64,000 nucleotides of DNA. Origin: Azolla caroliniana. Its lineage: Eukaryota; Plantae; Polypodiophyta. The stretch's first letter is position 1; every line of letters begins with the position of its first letter. Made by a program: the position numbers and the translations under genes. The stretch spans positions 18,538,001 to 18,602,000 of the forward strand of contig JBHGNT010000006.1 of the NCBI GenBank assembly GCA_043228905.1, read 5' to 3'. Positions 1-13,004 of this stretch are shown here, piece by piece. Under the pieces are notes generated by a model, which did not search any database, was not told the origin of the DNA, and worked only from the letters and a program-made list of their open reading frames with translations.

Positions 1-24
1 CAATATCTAGAGACTTCGGCGGTT

Positions 25-771
25 GTGTCCGAGAACCAACGTGAGACCGGAGAGACGGGAGATGGCGGCGAGGAAGGTAAAGTCGGAAGTCGGTTCGGAT
101 GGAAAATGATTCATCCGAAATTCCAATCTAAAAGAAAGTGCGACAATGCGGAGGTCGGGTCTACGACGGGAGAAGCGCGTAATACAGAGCACGCTCTACG
201 GCGAATAAAGAAATGCGTGTTATGGCGAATAAAGAAGCACGCGCTACGGCGAGAAAAGAAGCATGCATTACAACCACACGAGGACCGAACAACGAGCACA
301 TATCGGAGGACCTACGTAGAGAACAACGGAAAGAAGTGCCGAAAGTCGAACCGGACAAGGCAGGTGAAAACGAAGAAAAGAAAGCAAATCCGGACGAAAA
401 GAAAAGAAAAGAAACCGACCCGAAAGAGCACTGAATCGGTAAAAACTGATCAACCGAGTCCGGATCGACCGAATACAAATCGGAAAGGAAGCCGAACTAA
501 ACGAAAGACGATCCGACGAGACCGAATTGGAAGTAAGCTAATCCGACTAAACCGAAAATCCGAAAAGAAGTCGAGATTGATGAAGAAAAGAAAGAGGGCA
601 AGAAAAGATACTACCGCGGATGACAAGGACCAAGCGGGCCATGCAAAAAGCGAACGAAGACTATGGTGGATCGGATGGCGACAATGGTTCGGGTGGAAAG
701 AATGGGTCTACTCAAAATGGAGAGACAAAGTTGACATAGCGGGACAAACGGAGGATGAAGGAGGAGACTAA
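25..771 (+). CDS. Basic KHALRR-repeat / Trp-rich ORF of the non-autonomous element (function unknown, may be non-coding)
   Basis: 248-aa ORF sharing its N-terminal repeats and the motif RRLWWIGWRQWFGWK with ORF 52705-53556. Confidence 0.3.
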   Translation: MSENQRETGETGDGGEEGKVGSRFGWKMIHPKFQSKRKCDNAEVGSTTGEARNTEHALRRIKKCVLWRIKKHALRREKKHALQPHEDRTTSTYRRTYVENNGKKCRKSNRTRQVKTKKRKQIRTKRKEKKPTRKSTESVKTDQPSPDRPNTNRKGSRTKRKTIRRDRIGSKLIRLNRKSEKKSRLMKKRKRARKDTTADDKDQAGHAKSERRLWWIGWRQWFGWKEWVYSKWRDKVDIAGQTEDEGGD

Positions 772-827
772 CAAACACCAACAACTTCGGCACATACCGG
801 AGGATGTGCGGGTTTGGAGGGGGTGAG

Positions 828-1555
828 TGTCGTAGTGTATTTTGTACACTACGTGAAAAACGTATATAGTATTAGATTCAATAAAAAATGAAGAAATAGA
901 AGAAAATAGCAAAATAAATGGAACATGCATAGGGCAAGATTCGAACCTTGCACCTCCATGTTAATAATGTAATGTCTTACCATTACACTAGCATTTCATT
1001 AGTGTTAAAGCATAGATGTCCCACATAGAAAGGTAAATTCACGCTAGGATAAACATTAGAAAAACGCATAACAAAAGAAAAAGCTACACATACACATCTA
1101 GCGTGCATGATAAAAAACGCACAAGTTAGAAAAAAGCATGATCACTTTAGATAAAGCATATAGTCTATCTATAGGAAAAGCATGGGGTCTATAGTTAGAG
1201 AAAAAGCATGGATTACTAAGACTTCCTCATCACTACATAAGGATGGGAAGCACAATGTAATTGTGTGTGAAAAATATTTGGAAACTGGATATGTTTCTAA
1301 AAAACACCAATTAATAAACTATACTCGTGGGATTCACGAGAATTCTATATCATTCCCTTTCAACCGAAGTTTATATTCTTATATTCATATTGATTAATCT
1401 AATACAATACACTCGTGGGATTCACGAGTTTGCTATAACTCTTTCTTACAACATATTTATATTCTTATTAGCCTTAAAACTCTCCTCTTCCTAGTCCAAA
1501 ACCCCAGCGGTTCCCACCCGACTCACGCAACGATCCGGAGCCGAAAGGCACGACA
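828..1555 (+). repeat. Family A LTR (3' LTR)
   Basis: TGTCGTAG...GCACGACA termini; preceded by a PPT; strongly similar to 51841-52607 and 53491-54258; right flank ACGC. Confidence 0.92.
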
Positions 1556-2760
1556 ACGCTGAAGTGCGCCCATGGTTAGCCATGAACTTGATTTTTCCAT
1601 TTCCCGAACTCGGTCGATCACTTGATCTATGCTACTGGTGTGGAAATCAATGACGGTGCACACTGTTCGGAAGGGTTCCCGGAGTGTTGCTAAGAATATG
1701 GCCTTTGTTTCTTCCTCCGGTGGTGCCCGGCTGAGCTGATTGTGTATCTGCTGGAATCGCATGATAAACTGTTGAAGTTCTCCGTTGGTTCCTGCCGAAT
1801 AATGTAAAATAGGCCTACCATTTCCTGTTGTTCCATCTCCTTGTGAAAGAAATGCAAGAATTTGTTCTTTAATGCTTCAAACGTGGGGATGGTGCTGGGA
1901 TCTTGTGTTTGGTGCCATCTAGCGGCCGGTCCCTCCTGGGTCATGCCGAACTCTGCCATTTTTTAGCATTCCTCTTCGGCCGCATTTAAGCGTTGGGACA
2001 CATGGTTTGCCTCCCAGATCTGCTGAAACTCATGGACGTGGGCTTCCGCGTCCAAATCATCCCGGTATCTGGGATATTGGAACGACATATCGTCGTCTGG
2101 TGTCGGTACGCGGGTTGGTGATGTCGGTGGTCTTTCCTCCTCCTCTGTCGGCGTCAGAGGTCTTTCCCGCTCCTCTGTCGGCATCGGGGGACTTTCCTGT
2201 TCCTCTTTCGGTGTTGGAGGCCTCTCCTCCTCGACTTCCGGTGTCGGGGGTCTCTCTTCCTCGACTTCTGGTTCCGGAGTGTGCTCAACTTCCGGTGTCG
2301 GAGGTCTCGCTACCTTGACTTCTGGTTCTGGAGTGTGCTCGACTTCCGGTGTCAGAGGTTCCGACCTTGTCAATTCTGGTTCCAGTGTCGGCAAGGTATC
2401 TGACTCCTCGTCCTCAAGTCCGTTTGGGGTGTCGTTACTGCTGCGGTAGTTCGTATGCATGTTGTATTCCCCTTCCGAATCCGATTCAAAAGCCGAAAAT
2501 GCTTCGGATTTGCCTTCGTCCGCTGCCAATGCTTAGAGAAGGGATTCCGCTTTCCGAAGGCTGCTTAGGCTGCTGCCTTCGTCCGGGTAGTCGTTTTGTT
2601 GTGAACAAAGTGACTCTTTGGCCACTCTCCCGATCACCTTGGAAAATGAGCGTTCCGCTCTGATTTCTTTTGCCGATTGCTGGAAAGCCTCTTGCTTCCT
2701 CAGTTGTTCAGCAAGTCTCCTTGCTCACTCCATAACCGGGTCGTTCATTGGTCTAGTCAT
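1556..2760 (-). pseudogene. gag: Family B gag (interrupted by the family A insertion at 1555)
   Basis: Translations contain RPPTPE repeats and YPRYRDDLDAEAHVHEFQQIWEANHVSQRL, matching the gag at 30757 and 59299; stops and frameshifts present. Confidence 0.88.
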
Positions 2761-2796
2761 CCATTCCCGCCGTTGTTCGTTGGTCGCCAAAAATTG

Positions 2797-3239
2797 TGTT
2801 ATTCCTTAGGGCCAGACGATGGCCTAACACAGGGTGTTTACGGAAGACACTTCACCAAAGGGGTGTTACGGCGAGATAACTTAAGACTCAACGATTAATC
2901 AGACTTTAATTGGTTACTTAGCAATATGGCATTAGACTTGATACATGCGTAGGATAGAGCAATTAGCACAGAACGGTAATCAACACTTAAAGATAAAACA
3001 AGAAGCTCTATTAATTATCCGTCAAAGTTTTACATTGTAACCGGGCCTTTATATAGGTCACCGGTGCTTAGTACAAAACAGTGCCAACTGGCACCTGTTC
3101 GGAACCAGTCCGGATCCGGATCGGCATATCGATTCTGGTCCGTCCATTCACGTCTCATAAACTACTTAATTATAATAGATTCCGAATATATAATTCCTTT
3201 CACATTCTGGTCTTTAACTCTTTTGCCGGCAGGGTAACA
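2797..3239 (-). repeat. Family B 5' LTR (copy B0) followed by PBS TGGCGACCA on the minus strand
   Basis: Minus strand reads TGTTACCCTGCCGGC...AACA and is similar to LTR 30274-30703; tggtcgcca at 2781-2789 is the reverse complement of the PBS. Confidence 0.85.
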
Positions 3240-3545
3240 CTTCTCTTTGTCCACGAGTGACAATTCAACCTTCCTTTTCAACGAAGCATCCTCTGTCATT
3301 GAATCGAACTTGCATGCCTTGTTCCATGATCTCGCTGACTGAGACCAGATTCTTTGTTATAGTTGGAACATGCAAGACATTATTTATGTAGGTTTGATTC
3401 CCTTCTTCGCCGAAAGGGACCTTTCCAACATGTTGAATGGGACAAATTGTGTCTTCCCCAGTTTCCACATATCTAGTTCGTTCGAGCTTTCGTAGCTCTC
3501 GAAACCAATCTTTATGAGACATCATGTGAAGCTCGATCATTCCTT
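3240..3545 (-). pseudogene. pol: Ty1/copia pol fragment (protease region)
   Basis: HMMSHKDWF...VLHVPTITKNLVSVSEI is the typical copia post-DSG beta-barrel segment. Confidence 0.75.
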
Positions 3546-3560
3546 GGTTTTGTCGGGTTT

Positions 3561-5050
3561 TTGCTAAAATTTCTTTGCAGTTATTACCAATTGAGGATGT
3601 TGTTTACTGATCTTCTAAAAGGTCAAATGCGTAATTCTACAAAACCTATTGTATGTAATGTTACACTAGACTTCCCCTTTAAGGAACTCAAGCACCAGGT
3701 GTGCAAGGCTCCTTTGCTTCTTTTACGAGATCCATCAAAACCTTTTCAGGTTGAAACTAATGCAAGTGATTATGCTATAGGTGTTGTCTTATATCAAGAT
3801 GGTAAACCTATAGCATTTGAGAGTATAATAAAACTTGATTCTGCTCAGTGTCGATATACCGTGCAAGAAAAGGAATTATTTACAATTATCCATGCACTAA
3901 AGTCATGGCGCCATTATCTTTACCACGAGTCCTTGAAATATTTTTGTGTCTAACAAGACCTTAAGGGTTGTAAGGCAGGATGGGCAGATCTAATCCAAGA
4001 CTTTGATTTTTCCATATGATATCGTAAAGGTTCCGTGAACACTTTCGTTGATGCACTGAGTCGCATCCGTGAAGCTAACATGCTTAGCTTCACTGAAATA
4101 ACATTAGATCTTTATGATCACCTTCGAGGAAAGTATCCTGATGAAAGATATTTAGGAAAATATTGGGCAAGAGTTGAGTTTGGAATAGACATCACCACAA
4201 CATCGAAGGAATCCTTCCAAATTGCAAACGGTGTGCTCTACCGTAATGGGAAGGTTTGTGTTCCAGATTTGCCTAAGGTTAAAAAGATAATTCTTTTTGA
4301 ATGCCATGAGGGTGCACTCTGGAATACATCACACACTCGTTCTCATCTCGAATCAATTCTACTGGCCTAAGATGCATCGTAACATAGTTTTATGTGACTA
4401 AATGTAATTAGTGTCAAGTTAACAAAGTTGAGCGACTTCAAGCTGTTGGACTTTTACATCCCTTGGAAATTCCTAACAATAACTGGGAATGTATATCCAT
4501 GGATTTTATTGTTAGATTTTCCCGCACCCAAAAAGGCCATGCTGTTATCTGGGTTGTGGTTGATAGACTAAGTAAAATGGCTAGATTTATTGTTACAGCT
4601 CTTGAATTGGCTTACCAATTCCTTGTTGAGTTATTTCGATTTATGGGTTACCGATGGATATTGTGAGTGATCGAGATCCAAAGTTTATAAGTGACTTTTG
4701 GACGCAAGTATTTAAGAAGTTAGAAACTACATTGACCATGAGCTCCATAGATCATCCTCAATCCGATGGACAGACAGAATGAGTAAATCAAATTATTGAA
4801 GACATGCTTCTAGCATATGTTGGTGCAAAACCAACAAAATGGGAATGTTATCTCCAAATTTTGAAGTTTTCTTATAACAGCTCCAAACATACATTGACAG
4901 CATATAGTGATTTTATGTTAATGTATGGTTTTCAGCCACGAACCTCGATTGATGTTAATATACATCACGATGAGTTGTGAAGTATGCAAAACTTTCTTCG
5001 GGATATGAAAGATATGTTGCATATTGCACGAGATAATATAAAAACAACTC
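3561..5050 (+). pseudogene. pol: Decayed Ty3/gypsy (chromovirus-like) RNase H and integrase
   Basis: VETNASDYAIGVVL, EKELFTIIHALKSWRHYL, WECISMDFI, VVVDRLSKMA and HPQSDGQTE motifs, with many stops. Confidence 0.85.
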
Positions 5051-5065
5051 AAGACACAAATCAAC

Positions 5066-5411
5066 ATGAACACACAAATGGGTAGCTCACTCCCTAGTGA
5101 AAAGCTAGACCAGAGCAATTATTCATCTTGGGAGTACAAGATGAACCAATACCTTGTTGGCCAAGGTTATTTGAGCTACGTCAATGACACACAAGAAAAT
5201 CGATCTGACCCAAAGAATGCCAACTATGTAACATGGGAGCAAGTGGCGAGTCAAGTCATGTATTGCTTGGCAACATGTGTCCATGCTCACATGCTTAGCC
5301 ACATTCAAGACGCCAAGAAGCCTAAAGAAGCATGGGAGAACTTGAAGAAAATGTTCGCCGCCAACACGACCACCTGAAAGCTTCAAAATCGACAAGAGTT
5401 GAACAACATTC
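5066..5411 (+). pseudogene. gag: Copia family C gag, 5' part (continues at 11678-11855 after the insertion)
   Basis: MNTQMGSSLPSEKLDQSNYSSWEYKM...; homologous to 17839-18482; split by the element with TSD CATTC. Confidence 0.85.
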
Positions 5412-5509
5412 TATTAGGAATATATCCCTCCAGTGGGAGGAGCCGACTGCTCGGAAAGAGCCGACAGTCGAAGACAAGGGAACAGCCGACTGGTCGGATG
5501 AGAGCCAAC

Positions 5510-6327
5510 CAAGGTTGTTAGGTATGGTATGGATACCATACGTATTTAACGTATTAATACCCGTATAGTACCTCCCAATTTAAAAATACGTTAAATACGT
5601 TTTCTTAATATGTTAAATACTTATAAAATACGTAAAGTACGTTAAATACTTCTAGAATTTGAAAATTATTTACCTTTCTAAAAAATATCTATAATATTGT
5701 AAAAAACATCTATGTTTACACAATTTTGTGACGTACAATATAGTTCTACATCCTAAAATGCATATAAGACAGTTGAACATTTCACATCCTAAAATACTTG
5801 TAGTAATATGGATGTCGAGATTCCCTTATTCTATAAATTAGTGTAAGTGTATATCACGATGTTCTACTTCAAATTGTAATTATTTACAATTATGCCTTCA
5901 TAGATTGAGGAATTGTCTACGATTATCACACTCATGATAGGTTTCTCTTTTCTTCGTTTTCTTCTTCTTCTTCTTCTATCTTCTGCGATTATCACACTCA
6001 GGACAGGTTTATGTCTTCTTTTCTCTCTTCTTCTTCTTCTTCTTCTTCATCATCATCATCATCATCGTCTCTTCTATTCTTCTTTCTTCCTTCCTTTGGC
6101 TTCTTTTTCACTAAAATCTTTTTTTTCTTTTGCTTTTTGTTAGGGTTTTACTTACATTTTCTTTATAAATACGTATTATACCTGTTTTTTTATAAATACA
6201 TTAAATACCGCATTGGACAAATGTACAGGATATTTGACTGAACAACATTGAGGTATAGTATGTACTATACAAATGATGAGGTACTATACGTATTTAAACG
6301 TTAAATACGGGTACGTAAACAACCATG
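5510..6327. mobile_element. Non-autonomous hAT-type DNA transposon (MITE-like) inside the 5' LTR of copia D
   Basis: Absent from the sister LTR. 8-bp TSD GAGCCAAC / GAGCCGAC (5502-5509, 6328-6335). Imperfect TIRs CAAGGTTGTT / AACAACCATG; AT-rich interior with subterminal AATACG/TACGT repeats. Confidence 0.85.
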
Positions 6328-6959
6328 GAGCCGACAATCAAGGAGTCGACTGTGAGAGAGTCTACATGGAGAGTTGATCGAGGTCGAAGACACGATCGGC
6401 TAGTCGGGCTGACCGGATAGTCGATGACCAGGCCGACCAGGCCGACCAGTCGGACCAACCCGATAGTCGACAAATGAGTCGGCTTATTAGTAAGGCTATT
6501 ATTTATATTAGATAATAATAGGAATGACAATAGCAGTGACTACAGTTGTAAATAGCCCATAGGGTATAAGTATAAATGCATCTAGGGCAAATAGATGAGT
6601 GTGGAACAAAATAGTGTGTGAGCCTTTGTAGCATAGCACGTAAGAGAAGAGAGAGAGTGTAAGTGTGTGAGAGACTGGTAGCAAAGTTTAGCGAACTTGC
6701 TAAGAATGCTAAGCGGGTTATCCTTTGTGTGTGTCAAAGAAAATTGTAACCATTTTTTTGTACTTTCTTGTGTATAGTGGAATCTCTGTTCCCATGGTTT
6801 TCCTAGTTTAGGGTTTCCATGTTAAATCTGTGTACAGTTTTCTGTGTTTCCGAGTTGTGCATTTCAACATATTCTTTTCTTGTGAAATAACAATTAGTTT
6901 CCCCAATAAACTGGTATGAGAGCTTGAGGTTCAAGCATGAAAGGAGGTGTGAGCGACTT

Positions 6960-9900
6960 CCTAGGTATGATAGTTCTGAACTCATAGAACTATGCAGACT
7001 AGAAGATCAAAATGGAAGACCTCCTCATAGTGAAAGACCTGTATGAACCCGTCGACAGAGCAAATATACCCAAGGGGGTATTGGAGTCTGATTAGAAACT
7101 TCTTAACAGAAAGGTTGTGGCCACCATAAGATAGTGCGTCCATGTGAGTGTCCTTCAGCATGTGGCAAACAACACAAATGCGCACAAGATGTGGTAGAAG
7201 CTGTCAGGGCTATATGGGAGGAAGAACGCCCTCAATAAAACTTTACTGATGAGAAAGATCATACGGATGAAATACAGAGACGATGAGAGCATCGTCGAAC
7301 ACATTAGCACATTCATGGGGTATGTAAATCAACTTAATGTAACCAAGTTTCCCCTTGATGATGCGATGCAGGCCATCCTACTTATGTGCACACTGCTGGA
7401 TAGCTGGGAGAACCTGGTGGTTACTCTCAGCACCTCCTATCAAGAAGAGAACTTGTCTTTACAAGTGGTGAAGACAAGCATCTTGAATGAGGAAGCGAGA
7501 AGGAAGGACAAGGGTGTCCTAGTACAGTCGGAGTCAAACTTGACTCAACACACTAGCAGAGGAAGAAACCGGCAAAGGAGTCCATCAAGGAGGGACAAAT
7601 CCCACGTGAGATTCAAGTCCAGACGTAAGCTCATGTGCTTTTATTGTGGAAAGCCTGGACACTTCCAAAAGGACTGCCGACATTTCAAGAAAGAAAAGAG
7701 TGTCGGTAATAATGTTGAACCCAGGAAGATTACTAAAGAAAAGAACACTTCAGCCATTGCTACGAGCAATGAAGAACTTTTGTTCATCTGTGAACAGAAA
7801 AGTGCAAATCTTGCAAGCGAAGAATGCACTTGGGTGATTGATTCCGGTGCATCTTTCCACATAACTCCATCGAGAGAGTATTTCTCGACTTACATAGCCA
7901 GTGATCATGGTTATGTAAAGATGGGTGATAGTGGGGAGTGCAAGATAGCTGGAGTTGGAAGTGTTTGTTTGACGATGTCGATAGGGTGTCGACTGACTCT
8001 GAAGGATGTTCGACATGTCCCCAATATCAGATTGAATTTGACATCGACTGGAAGATTGGACGACAAAGGCTATATTGGTAGCTTCCGAAACGGGAAATGG
8101 AAGTTCTGGCGAGGAAATCTTATAGTGGTCCAAGCACAAAAAGAAGGCACACTATATATGATACAAGCCCGTTTGTGCAATTTGGAAGTGAATGTGGTAG
8201 CCGACTCAGCAGGACAAATCTAGCATAAGAGGCTAGGCCACATGAATAAAAAGGGTTTGCATCTGTTAGCCGACCAAAAACTTCTACCAGAGGTAAAGGG
8301 AGTGCACCTGGAGAAGTGTGTCAACTACTTGGTTGGAAAGCAGAATAGAGCAACATTCCACTGAAGATCACCAAGAAGAAGAGACGTTGCACTGGAATTG
8401 GTACACATGGATGTGTGTTATGTAGATGCTCCGTCACATCGAGGTGGACAGTACTTTGTGACTTTCATCAATGACTACAATCGAAAGTTATGGGCTTTTG
8501 TACTAAACTCAAAAGATCAAGTATTGTCATTCTTCAAGGAGTTCCTGCCTAGAGCCGAACCAACAGGTCGGAAGTTGAAAGTTGTCTAAACCGACAATGG
8601 TGGCGAATATAGAGGGAAATTCAAGGAATACCACAAGACCCAAGGTATTTGAATCGAATACACAGTACCGAAGACCCCTGAGTTGAACGGGCTTACAGAG
8701 AGGATTAATCGAACAATCATGGAAAGAGTAAGGAGCATGTTGTCGCATGCTAAACTACCGAAAATATATTGGGTTGAGGCGATGTACACGACTGTTTATC
8801 TGATCAATAGGTTCCCCTCAGTACTATTGAAAGATGATTTCCCACAAAGGGTGTGGACAAGAAAGGATGTCTCCTATCGACACCTGACGGTGTTCGGATG
8901 CCTAGTGTATATGCATATAGCTAAGGATCAGGGGTCAAAGCTCGATAGTAAGTCAAAACCATGCATATTCATGGGATACTCAGAAGATGAGTTTGGCTAC
9001 AAGCTATGGGACTTAGTCGATAAGAAGGTAGTGAGAAGTCAGGATGTAGTCTTCTTGGAAGACACGACAATTGAGGACTGGAAACAATAGAGGTCAGAGT
9101 CGACTCCCACTACCACCGACTTAAGGCCAAGTGAACCAACACAGTCGGCTATTTCGAGACAGCCATTCGGCACAGTCGAATCCGAGTTGGTAGAATCAGA
9201 GAGACCGACCGACAATGAGTCTGAGTTGGAAACGCTGTTAAGATCAATCGAGGAATATGAGTTAGAGTCATCCAATCTTCAGAAGTCGATCGACATACAT
9301 GAATCTGAGCCAAGAGTAGAGTCGGTAGTGATATCCAAACTGAAGCAAACAACCAGTGGAAGGAGATACCCACTCAGAGAAAGGAGAGCAACAACAACAT
9401 GTGCCAGTTAATACATCCTCTTGACTGATGAAGGTGAGCTAGAGTGCTTTGATGAAGCCATTACCGACAAGCACAGAGAAAAATGGCTAAGTACAATGCA
9501 AGACGAGATGGACTCCTTGCAAGAAAACTACACCTACGACATGGTAGAATTACCAAAAGGTAAGAGAGCACTCTAGGAACAAATGGGTCTATAAGGTGAA
9601 GACTGGAGAAGTCGACTGTGCACCCAGGTATAAAGCCCGCATTGTGGTGAAGGGTTTCCAACAGAAAAAGGGTGTCGACTTCAACGAGATTTTCGCACCA
9701 GTCGTGAAGATGACATCCATCCAAACTGTTCTGAGCATAGCTGTTAGCATGGATATGGAGATTGAACAGTTGGATGTCAAGACAACATTCTTGCACAGGG
9801 ACCTGGATGAATATATTTACATGCAGTAGCCCGAAGGCTTTGAGGAGAAGGGGAAAGAGAACCTGGTGTGTCTGCTGAAGAAAAGCTTGTATGGTCTAAA

Positions 9901-11005
9901 ACAAGCTCCACACCAGTGGTACAAGAAGTTTGAATCCTTCATGGTGGAACATGGATTCCAAAAAACATAGGCGGATCATTGTGTGTTCGTCAAAAAGTAG
10001 GATGAAGGTGACTTCTTGATTCTCTTATTATATGTAGATGACATGTTGATAGTTGGTCAAGATACAAGGAAGATCGGTAGCTTGAAGAGAGCATTAGGCA
10101 AGTCATTTGCCGTGAAAGATCTTGGACTGGCTAAAAAAATCTTTGGGATGCACATAGCTCGAGATAGAACTAAGAGAACATTATGGTTGTCACAATAGAA
10201 GTATGTGATGAAGATCCTAGAAAGATTCAACATGTCTGAAGCAAAGTCAGTCGGCTCTATGTTACCAACTAACTACAAGTTAAATGCAAAGCAATGCCCG
10301 AGAGGGGAGAAAGAAAAGGTTGAGATGAGGAAAGTACCATATGTCTCAGCCGTTTGCAGTCTAATGTATGCTATGGTCTGCACGAGACCAACCATAGCTT
10401 TTGCTGTGGGAATAGTAAGCCGATACATGAGTAATCTAGGAAGAGAACATTGGGCAACAGTGAAGTGGATACTCAGGTACTTGAAAGGCACCTCGAGATT
10501 ATGCCTTAGTTATGGTGTCAAGAAACCTATGCTCAAAGGTTTTACTAACTCGGACATGTCGGGGGGTGTAGACTCAAGCCGATCCACATCAGGGTAAGTG
10601 ATGACCTATGTAGGGGGAGCAGTATTGTGGCAGTCACGACTGCAAAAGTCTGTGGCCTTGTCCACCATAGAGGCAGAGTATATGGCAGTGGCAGAGGCCG
10701 ACAAAGGGCTGATTTGGATGAGAAATTTTCTTAGTAAGTTGGGGATGAAGCAAAGGGAGTTCTTGCTTCATTGTGACAACCAGAGTGCCATACATCTAGC
10801 AAAGAATGTTGTGTACCACTCCCGAACCAATCATATACAATGGAGATATCATTGGTTACGGGAGAAAGTAGAGGAAGGAGAGTTTACCCTTGTAAAGACT
10901 CATACTAATGACAATGGATCCGACATGCTGACAAAAAAACCTACCGATGGACAAAATCAAAGTCTGTCAACACAGGACAGGAATAATGGACTCCTCCCCA
11001 CTTGA
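6960..11005 (+). pseudogene. pol: Copia D gag-pol (Gag, CCHC, PR, INT, RT, RH), many stops
   Basis: CFYCGKPGHFQKDC, WVIDSGASFH, NGLTERINRT, ARIVVKGFQQKKG, LLYVDDML, VALSTIEAEY. Confidence 0.92.
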
Positions 11006-11677
11006 TTGAAGGGGGAGTTTGTTAGGAATATGTCCCTCCAGTAGGAGGAGCCACTTTCTCGGAAAGAGCCGACAATCAAAGACAAGGGAGCAGCCGACTG
11101 GTCGGATGAGAGCTGACAGTCGAGGAGTCGACTATGAGAGAGTTGATATGGAGAGATGATCGAGGTCGAAGACACGATCAGCTAGTCGGGCCGATTGGAT
11201 GGTCGATGACCAGGCCGACCAGTTGGACCAACCCGACAATCGATGAATGAGTCAGCTAATTAGTAAGACTATTATTAATATTAGATAATAATAGGAATGA
11301 CAGTAGCAGTGGCTACATTTGTAAATAGCCCATATAGCGTATAAGTATAAATACACCTAGGGAAAACAGATGAGTGTGTAACAGAATAGTGTGTGAGCCT
11401 CAGTAGCGTAGCGCGTCAAAGAAGAGAGGGTGTGTGACTGTGAGAGCGGTAGCAAAGTTCAGCGAACTTGCTAAGAACCCTAAGCGCGTTATCCTCTGTG
11501 TGTTAGAGAAGATTGTAACCGTTTTTCTGTACTCTCTTATGTATAGTGGAATCTCTGTTCTCGTGGTTTTCCCTATTTAGGGTTTATATGTTGAATCTGT
11601 GTACACTTTTCTGTGTTTCTGAGTTTTGCATTTCAGCGTATTCTTTTCTTATGAAATAACGATTAGTTTCCTTAATA

Positions 11678-11855
11678 CATTCGGTAAACAGATATGTTTG
11701 TCTCGGACTACACCGCCAAGATCAAGAGCATTTGCGATTCACTTGGCTCCATCAACATAATCATCGAGGAAGACGAGATGGTTCAAGTATGCTTGGGCGG
11801 CCTCAGACAACGATTCAACTCATTAAGGACGACAATCTTAGTGAGGGAAAACCCA
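11678..11855 (+). pseudogene. gag: Copia family C gag, continuation
   Basis: SDYTAKIKSICDSLGSI matches ORF 18196-18582. Confidence 0.8.
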
Positions 11856-12213
11856 AGCATGATGCTTGCCAGGTGGTAAGCTATACTTAGCCTCTTCCAT
11901 CACGATATGAGGGAAGGAAAAAGATGTATTGTTGTTGATTCTTGGGTTTTAATAAGATTTCTAGATAGTGATCTAATAGACTATACTTGTGTGCTTCATG
12001 ATTTTTCGATGTATCTTTTGTAATCTATTCCGATCTACTATTAGGGTTGATTAATTTAATATAATATAGTCGTGGAATTCACAAGGTTTTCTACATCTCT
12101 TTCTTACAATCTATTCATATTCTTATTAACCTTAAAATTCTCCTCCTCCTAGTCCATAACCTTGGCGGTTTCCACCTGACTCACGAAACGATCTGGGGCT
12201 GAAAGGCATGACA
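11856..12213 (+). repeat. Truncated family A LTR (3' half)
   Basis: Ends ...GAAAGGCATGACA like the other family A LTRs and contains the tcgtggaattcacaag dyad; right flank CCGC. Left boundary approximate. Confidence 0.8.
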
Positions 12214-13000
12214 CCGCATCCTTGATAGTTGTAGGCCACCACAACACAATATTGCTTATTTTTTGGGTAGTGGTTTCTCCTGCATAATGTCCGCCAGCAA
12301 TTCCACAGTGAACTTTGCGTAATATGATTTCTTTTTCGAATTGTCGAACCCCTCGCCACTATATTCCATCTGCTCCCTTATGATATAATGTGTCCTCTGA
12401 AAGACAAAAGTTCAGACTCCGAACTGCGAACCGTTTCCTTTCATCTGCGATATAACTTTGGGTGGTAAGCCTATACTGAGAATGAAATCATTTTTGTGAG
12501 CCATAAATATGCAGATTCTTCATCCACTTTGGGCAAATTAATAGCTTCTACCCTAAATAGTTTGGCATCCGGAAAATGGTCTCAAACTACTTCCCCTGGT
12601 TCTGCTAAGTCTAGTTGACTTAACTAGTCGGCTACCGCATGTTGTACTCTAGGGTGATGCACTATGTCGAACTCAAACTCTTGCAAAAGAAGCATTCATC
12701 TTGCTAGTTTTCCTCTTAAAGACTACTTCGACACCAAATATAGCAATGCCGAATGGTTAACATGAAATGTGAATTTTCGACCCAGAAGGTAGTGTCGAAA
12801 CTTATTTACACTATACATCATGTCAAGAGCCTCTCGTTCGGTTGTTGAGTAATTCCTCTAGGTTGTCGACAACTTACGACTTGTGTAGTATACTGGTCGA
12901 TACCAATTGGGCCCCGATAACTACATTAATGCAGTTCCAATTGTTATAACTGAGGCTGTTACAAAGACATGAAGGTCTTTTGCCCAATCCGGTGGTGTCA
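12214..13000 (-). pseudogene. pol: Family B pol fragment (RNase H to integrase N-terminus)
   Basis: Minus-strand translation is similar to 47280-48060 (LWWPTTIKDA, EREAL, RPVYY). Confidence 0.8.
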
Positions 13001-13004
13001 TAAT

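Larger units (their letters stand above)
1..1555 (+). mobile_element. Non-autonomous derivative of gypsy family A (internal region plus 3' LTR; 5' LTR not present)
   Basis: Internal region is homologous to 52608-53490. A degenerate PBS remnant (gaaccaacgtgag) lies near 32-44, PPT ggagggggtgag ends at 827, and an LTR follows. No RT or integrase sequence. Confidence 0.8.
5412..11677 (+). mobile_element. Decayed full-length Tnt1/Tork-like Ty1/copia element (copy D)
   Basis: TSD CATTC at 5407-5411 and 11678-11682. LTRs 5412-6908 (contains the hAT insert) and 11020-11677. Met-i-type PBS tggtatgagagc at 6912-6923 and PPT gaagggggag near 11008-11017. Confidence 0.93.

Noticed and set aside
5913-6241. 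Poly-Leu/His/Ser ORFs
   Set aside because: They are translations of (TCT)n/(TCA)n microsatellites inside the hAT element.
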